In this document: one piece after another, positions 56,383 through 64,000 of the stretch
Position numbering within the stretch: the first letter of the stretch is position 1
How the letters are laid out: each line of letters starts with the position of its first letter
Assembly: GCA_002633005.1 (NCBI GenBank)
Contig: NMRA01000030.1
Coordinates: 62,001-126,000, forward strand
DNA length: 64,000 nt
Reading direction: 5' to 3'
Source of the DNA: Phoronis australis
Taxonomy: Eukaryota > Animalia > Phoronida
Translations under genes and position numbers: made by a program
The notes under the pieces: model-generated
What the model was told of the DNA's origin: nothing
The model's input: only the letters and a program-made list of their open reading frames with translations
Database searches by the model: none

Positions 56383-57011
56383 TAGCTTCAATGATTATGG
56401 AGGCAAATCCGGGAATGGCATCGGTCCCTTTCTCATTGCTTCCGACTACCTTTTTTCCCTCAACCCCTGCCACTCCTCTACCAGGTTCACGGCCCCCACG
56501 CGGGTTGTGGCGGTGGACAGGATTGTTCATCCATGAACAACCCTGCCCATGTGGCACATACTGAGTCACAACACCACGTTCCTTACAATATCTCTTTTTA
56601 TTACTCCGGCTGGTCTGCTCACTCAGCTTGTCCGGAACCCTGCTTTGCAGGTTGTTATAGCCCAGTTGGCTGTTTGGTGTACCCACTTGGTACTTTATAT
56701 GACATTTGCCCATTTGGCAGTTTGTACCCACTTGGTACTTGTTATTGAATTTGCCGTTTTGCTCGACCCAGTTGGTAGGCAATCGGCCAATACCCATTTG
56801 GTATTATGTACCCATTTGGTACTATGCTAACCTGTGCCACGTAGCATCCGATACTCAATTGTACTTTGGGTATCGGAATGTGTGTGTTATCTCTTGTAAT
56901 TAAGGAACCCATCTGGTTCCTTCTGTGAAATATTTATTTGTAGAGCTGTGACCCTGAAATTCCCAATACAACTTAAAATATACATTATTCTTGTTGTTTT
57001 ATTTGTCCCCA
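56383..57011. mobile_element. ~630-bp insertion carrying a hairpin array
   Basis: Absent from the paralogous repeat at ~51390; nine CC-CANNT-GG hairpins inside; no TIR or TSD recognised. Confidence 0.6.
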
Positions 57012-57030
57012 ATAAGTTGATTTGCCGAAG

Positions 57031-59043
57031 CATAGAACTCTAGCCCTGGAATGTCAACTCATGCACGTGACCAATGATGTATTCTTATATTAGAGCTGGC
57101 GACCCCGAGACTAACCGCGAGAGCTTGCACTGAGAATTTCCGACATGTTGATCGACTGAGTTTTGCTTCATATTTATTTTGTTATTATTGTTCATCAAGC
57201 GAGACTCTTGAGGTACGATTCCATGCAATCAGCGATTTCTCGGCAAAATTAGTCAACAGCGACAATTACACTACTCATTCGGCCTGTGGCCCTGGGTGGA
57301 TACCGGGAGTAGTTTGATATCTTTTCAGCTCCAGTGGTAGAACCACTTTCGACAATCTATCATACTACATGCCGAGAATTTTTGAACAAGACATTAATGG
57401 TGTTAAAATTATATTACAGTATTTTACGGAAAGATGTTACATTTGGTCTAAATGAAAGTTTAGGCCCTAAAAACAGGTGCGTTTACGTAAGTTTCGAAAA
57501 ATTACTCACAGTGGCTAAGGTTAGTGTGTGCGTACGTGCGTGCGTTTATTATTACTGTTTTCAATTGTTTCTATAATAATTCATTTGTGCAATGTGTAAC
57601 TGTTGTCCAGATGCCGTATTTTGTTAATTCGATTTCTGGGAAGTAGGCCTACTGTTATCTGTAGTATTTACCTATATACGTGAAATAAAATTTTGAAAAA
57701 TGAAAAGGACACAATCCTGACAACTTACAGTGTATTTGCCCATTGTCCCGCTCTTGGCAGACTATCCCACCTTTTTATTTTTACTCCCATCCCACTACAC
57801 CATCTAAATGTCATGCTTTTTGACATGCGGTCTAATTGTCGTATTATCATATACTATTGTAATTTTCTCGCTCGACAAAAAAGAAAAACGGGACGTTTGA
57901 TGGGTTTTTGCGGCACCCGCAATTTCACATTCAACTTTAAAAAACAACACCAAAAAACCGCTGTCGGGCATTTTTGGGTGTTACATCTCCCGTTCGACAA
58001 ACATCGCTGTCGGTACGTTTGTGTTGCAGCGAACACTTCGCTCTTACGTTTTACCTTGGACCCAGACTCCCCGCTTTTTATCCTGAAATACTGCTTTTTC
58101 AATCCAGTTGTTCCGTTTTATCGTCCTTGAATGTTGAGCGTGGCAGTCACGCAACTGGTGTTCAAAATAACGTTGTCTCTTTTAATGACTATTGTCATTT
58201 TCCAGGGTCCATATTCTTTAGTAACATAACAATCGTAAAAATGTGTTCCAATGTTTCTTGTTCACGGTAACACACAATACATGTATCAGGATCACTAACT
58301 TTTACTTCCTGAAGAAAATGGTTCTTTTCTAAACTTTTACGGAAAGTCCTACCCTGCAAATGTTTGCCCTATTTTTAGCTATCAGAAAACTTTTATCTGC
58401 AAATTTCGGATAGATACTTGGAGTTATTTATTGCATTTTCAATAAATGTCATTGCATTTTGAATATTTACTGAAGAATGTAATTGTATCAAACGGCACCA
58501 AAGGTCAAAATAACTTTAATACAAAAGATGTATAATTTTGGATGAATGACTGACTAAATTATCCACAGCAAGTGTGAAGGATTCATATTTTAAAACAAAC
58601 ACTCTTTATAGGGTAGAAATCTTTTGAAAATGTTTCCCTAATGGCTTAACTGGTCATTTATAAAACCTATCTGGTTTATTTCCATATATACTATTAGGCT
58701 GCATGCTGTTATTTTTCGCATTTTGGTAGCACTCTTGGTTTTTAGAATTAAAAAATATTTTTAAACCTGTCAGGTATGCGAAACGATAATTACTTATGAA
58801 TTAAATTACGTAACTTTTGATTCTAATGTATAATCATCAAGAACTGACAAAGGACTTTCTAGTGATATGGATCTCATGCAATTCGGCTGAAAAACGGCGG
58901 AGTTGCGAAAAGTTTATATGACAGAAAATTCCATAGCAAGTACACACACCGGAACAAACGAATGCAAACAATTCTCACGCGTTCTCTGCGCAACCTCAGC
59001 GGCCGCGAGATCAGAACTGGCATTCCAGGGCTAGAGTTCTATG
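57031..59043. mobile_element. 2.0-kb non-autonomous DNA transposon with 23-bp perfect TIRs
   Basis: catagaactctagccctggaatg / cattccagggctagagttctatg; flanks rejoin into the sequence seen intact at 51392-51425; no transposase ORF. Confidence 0.88.
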
Positions 59044-62000
59044 GTGGTAGCCAAGAAAAAGTCGTAATTTCAAAGTTCGATTAATTAGTCGGTGAAAACT
59101 TGTTTTTGGTCAATATAACCTATACATGCCGTTCTTGTTCTTTATTTCAATAATAACTTGAATTAACAGGGAGTAATTAACATAATTATCCCAAAAACGT
59201 TTTATTTTTTTAAGTCGGTGACAGATTTTTGATGTCCCAAGAGGGCGTTGCGAAGGAAAGCAAGAGACGGACCGTAAAATCCGATAGGTTCGTCGACTGA
59301 GCATGCGCACACTAGCTAAAATCTGAAAATTGCTTCAGGGAGCATGCGTGTTCTAAGGGTTATTGACGGTAGTGACAAGAATTTTGTATAATGATCTGGC
59401 CTTTTTATGTGAAACAATTAGGAGAGCTTTCACTCGCTATAAAGTACCTTGCATGGTAACGACGTTGCTATTAAAGCGCTGTCAGAATTTTCTTTGAAGC
59501 CCGGGTGTTTCGTCAAAAAATGCTTTGTGCTAACGAGCCGAACGCAAGATTTTTCAGTGTGCGCAGTGCTTGTCTCGGGACTTTCTGCCCGCACATGCAA
59601 ACTCCGGACGTTGAAGGTGAAGGGGGGAGGGAAGATTCACTCACCTCCATCATAGTATTATAAACGGAAGACACTAGTTAGCTGACCATGAGCTTTTGGC
59701 AGAAACAAACATCTTAACAAGTCTTGCAGTAAATGTTGTTGATTTACCCTGCTCTAGTCTGAACACAAGAGGCTAAGGACGGATTGCATAAACGGTTTGA
59801 GTGTACTCTGGATGCAATGACGTCACTCTTGCATACAACATTGTCCTAAATTCTACAGAACGTATCTATCGTCATGAAACCACAAGGGACCTGTTGCATA
59901 AAATTATAGCAAAAAAGAGGTCGCATTATCGGACGTCAGGTTTCTAGGGTTAAATAATGTACTTGACATAGTGTAACAATCTAATTATCCACAGGATCAG
60001 ATTTGAAGTTTTATATCAGCCAGTCCTGACTGATCTAATGGCTTTACGACCCGCACTCCAACTTCCTGTGTTACCTCGCCGTTTGTTTTATATTGATGGC
60101 ACGCAGTTCTATAACAGTGGACAGCTAGCAAAGTACTACTTGTCACTTCGCACGATTCGTGCCCATACGTTATAGAACTCCGATTACATTCAATGTGCAA
60201 ATACATATACATATACATATACACACACGATATTTGTAAAACCAAACATGAGAATAAGGATTCAACTTTTTGTTACAATCGATGAATCACGTGTTACAGC
60301 ACGTGGGAAAAGGCAGTGCGCTATCATAACTTCCTCCATGACTTGATCACAACTGGATTTTAATGCAAAACCAATTTAGACACACGTTATCATTCAACAT
60401 AATTTTATTTTCTTAAAATAAATAGAATTTAAATGTTTTTAAATTTGATTTCTGAAATAATATTCTGAACCATCCGGGCAAGTCTAACTAGTAATTATTT
60501 TTGATTGCCGGGTTATTTGAAATTTGCAAGACGTATCTAACGATGTGCTTTAAACTAATTTCAAGTTTCAATAACCACGTACCTGTGTAATATAAGTAAT
60601 GGCTGATAGCCAATAAATCGAGGGTAACACAGGGAATGCCATCTTAGCCTACCTGTTTCAGTACGTTCTGTTTTAGCCACATCCTGACGACCGCCGTGTG
60701 ACTTGAGAAAGGTTATAGGGTAGGCAGGTATTGGAATAATGCTGTCAGACTACAAAGATTTATGGTGAATATCAATGACTCATTTTTTAAATTGGTAAAG
60801 TTAGATTCCGCTTCAGCGCCCCAATTTCACCTTTCGAAGCAGACGATCTAATCATGATGCACTCCGCGGAGTTCACATTGAGGTCATTTGCTTTTGATTG
60901 ACAATGTCTCAGATTTTCTAGGGACCCGATTAAGTTTTTCGACGATTGTTGTCAGCGAATGTAAGAGCAAATGGCTTTGGAGTTTATTGGTACCGTGTTC
61001 AAATATCGTGATTTGTTTCGATGTGTTACCGCCGCATACGCCAAACTCGGGTCCTGCAACTTTAACTAAATTTTACTTTGTCGTAAAATGTCCCAAACAC
61101 AGGCATATGCGCCTGGGTTCCATATTTAGATGCAACTCCACAGTTAGATGCATGTACGGTAATATTTCATTTCCAAGAGCTAATGAATTTTCATTTATTA
61201 CACATTAACTACTAACAGTGTGTTTGTAACGTCTCCTCCGTAGCGTTCTCCTGCACCTTTTTCGGGATTACGCCACTGATCCTGTGGAACCACAATATGC
61301 ACCACCATTTTATGATATGTACAGGTAAATTTCAAGCGCACTGAGTTACATTAAATGCATGTTGGAGGAGTAATTCCTGGCGAGGCAACATTTATCTTCT
61401 ATTTGCGTAAGCATTTTTAAATGCTTAAAAGACCTGACACATTTAAATTGATGGCAGTAAGAAAGTAGACCCTTTGGAGTTCAATTATCTATATTCTTGA
61501 ATGACGTCGTAACGTGAGGAAATCGCAGACACTGCTGAAAAGTTAGTGAGCCGTTTCATATCAGTAGCATTCAATGTGCGTGTCAGTTCCCTTTGCTTGT
61601 AGAAATATTATATGGTAAGGAAGTGTGCAAGACAAGTGTGCTCTCAGAAAATGAAAGAAACGTGGATCAATTAGCTATAAGCTAAATGATGGTATCAAAA
61701 TCACCGGGGTATGCATGACTACTTTTGTTTTCATTCCTGCGTAAATAATTTTGATTATTTTGATCTAAAAGCGAGTTTTGCTTACATCATTTGTCATGTG
61801 GTTCTGAGATATGTATGTCATTGATTGCCCGTCACGTAACAGGAACTACTTTACAAATATTCCATTTCCAGCATGGCCAATGGCTAGGCGGTAAACTATC
61901 GTTGACCCTGATCCATCGCCTTAAAACGTTGCACATACACGGACAAAAGAAGCAGTGCTGCAAAATATTTATCTTCAGTCGACAACAACCTGACATGATC

Positions 62001-62496
62001 CGGAAGCTGGTTATTCTAAAGTGACCTCATAGCACGGGACACACGACCTTCTTTGCGTGACCTTCAATAAACATCTTGCTGGATAGTTTGCTGATAATGA
62101 CTCACTCTTTTATCGCCCATGTTTACATAACTAAATCAGTAAAACTTCAAGCGCTTTGAGAATTTTCGTTTCCAACCAACTATTCAATTTTTAGTTGAAA
62201 ATAATTCGTACATTCAGACGCTACTTTAGTTTTTTGCATCTCTGTACTGTCCATGCCTGGCCGACATTCAAAGAACGCTCGACACAAGGTTTTGTTGGTT
62301 TACCTTAGTCTGAGGTCAAACAGTCATGATCCCTGTGACCGGAGGCCGCACCGACTTAGCACCGTATACGAACAGAGTTTCCTAATATTGACTGTTTGGA
62401 GATTAGTTTATTTTTAATTTAATTGCTCGCTTTCACCTTATGGCAAAGCGCGATTTGCGTTTTGGATAAAATGTCAAAACTCAGCTTACATCAAGG

Positions 62497-62516
62497 CGAC
62501 GACGACGACGACGACT
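62497..62516. repeat. (GAC)n microsatellite
   Basis: Six gac units. Confidence 0.85.
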
Positions 62517-62860
62517 ATAAACTGGTTCTCTTGCACCTGTTACTCGATTCCATGTGGCGCTTTCAACTGGTCAAATTTTGTTATTTATTGGCTTTGAAAT
62601 AACATATTGTTGAAACGATTTCTACAACATGTGCCAATAATTTTAAACTGACAATTTTTAATAATTACTCGACGATGAGGTAGCTGGTCTATTTACTGAC
62701 GGACGCTTTGGTGTTCCATTGAGTGATGCGAACAACTAGACATCCACAGGGGCTGTTGGACACTAAGTAGTTGGGAAAATCTGTGCATTCGAAAATGCAG
62801 AATATTTGAACATGCAAGTACGTGCGTGTAAGAGAAACCTTTTGTTCATTAGTATAACCA

Positions 62861-63001
62861 CATGGGCGGCGCACCAGGGGCTGGGGGGGGCTATAGCCCC
62901 CACTTTTTTCATTGCTGCGCCGCCCATGGTCTATGGGCGGTGCAGCACAGGGGGCTGGGGGGATATAGCCCTCCAGTTTTGTCAGTGCTGCGCCGCACAT
63001 G
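62861..63001. mobile_element. Dimeric CATGGGCGGCGCA mini-transposon
   Basis: catgggcggcgca / tgcgccgcacatg; 5-bp TSD AACCA; internal second TIR pair; a fragment also occurs at ~53184. Confidence 0.88.
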
Positions 63002-64000
63002 AACCATCGCACTACACAATGCGCATGCGCATTACGATTTGAAACCAAATTTTTGCCTCATCTTAAGGTCAAAGACAAAAATAGCTGAAATGGTTTTCAA
63101 AACCTTTTTAAAGGTTTTGACAAATCTTTCGATATCTCATTAATTTGCCTTCTACTGAAATTTGTGTCTCCCAAGATTTCCCTTTCTTACTCTGTTTACG
63201 GATCTAAAATTGAACGTTTTCTGAGTCAAGGCTCCACATTATGGCAAAACACGAACTGGTCAGGCATGTGTACCACAAGTGTTTCCTTGAATAGCTTCGT
63301 TTACTGTCGTATTTTCCTGGTCAAATTTCCTTGTCTGGTCGCGTCATGTACATCCGGTTATTGGTTATTGAGGCCATTCACAAACGTACGCTTTTCTCTT
63401 GTTTCTAATAAAGTTGTTACATACTTACTTTTATTGAATAAATATTTTATAAGCTCGTCAACGAGCATTTTGTTTGACAAATTTAGTCAAAGCGTCCTTC
63501 CTCCTTTAGCATGACTAAATCTCTTTCGGTTTAACTTTGGATGGAAATGAAAATAATGAGTAACATGAAAGGTTCGTATCATTTTCATTTTCGTCCGAGA
63601 ACTTTCGCATTACCGAGTTAGGGACGGATTGACAAAACCTTGAACGTGTGTGTAATGCACTAGACTTTCAGTGCAAAGAAAATCAAGTACACCCGTTCGG
63701 TGAACAGCTCAAGCGCAATGAAGTGTTCAGTTACTGCTATAAGGGCGACGATTGTAAATGGGGGTTCATTAGCTAATAATGAATTAAGGATAAAATTTTA
63801 TATTAAAACATTGGTTGTGAACTGTTCAGTAACATCTTGTAGACTGATAATCATCTTTTGAAAAACGATTTTTCAAGACAACGCACTAATTGATAAATCG
63901 CTCAGTGCGCCACCTAAATGGTCACATGTTTTGTGCTGACGAGCACACTATTATAATCTTGAATGAAATTTTAATTATAATCATAAACCTGCATAAAGTA

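Noticed and set aside
56520-56925. CRISPR array or iron-responsive elements
   Set aside because: Repeats are too short and variable with irregular spacing; loops are CANNT pentaloops, not the IRE CAGUGN hexaloop.

Overview
Eukaryotic (metazoan, probably marine invertebrate) AT-rich genomic DNA, so the six-frame ORF track is mostly noise and genes had to be spliced by hand. Bases 1-16.7 kb hold the 3' 13-14 exons of a SERAC1 orthologue (+ strand, GHSMG lipase motif, all phases consistent, 5' end outside the window). Its introns carry several minisatellites, including a 19-bp array with an exact 133-bp higher-order repeat. A complete 4-exon clan-2 cytochrome P450 (501 aa) lies convergently on the - strand (23164-18900), with a TATA box and an HNF4-type site upstream. 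The remaining ~41 kb has no recognisable host gene. It contains a young 5'-truncated LINE with TSD and many non-autonomous DNA transposons (CAG/CAT ends with 5-6 bp TSDs, other TIR elements). The most unusual structure is at 56.0-59.1 kb: a repeat interrupted by two insertions about 20 bp apart, with the empty site visible at 51.4 kb. One insertion carries nine CC-CANNT-GG hairpins whose stems differ in sequence but stay complementary. No prokaryote-type system, CRISPR array or rRNA/tRNA gene was found.
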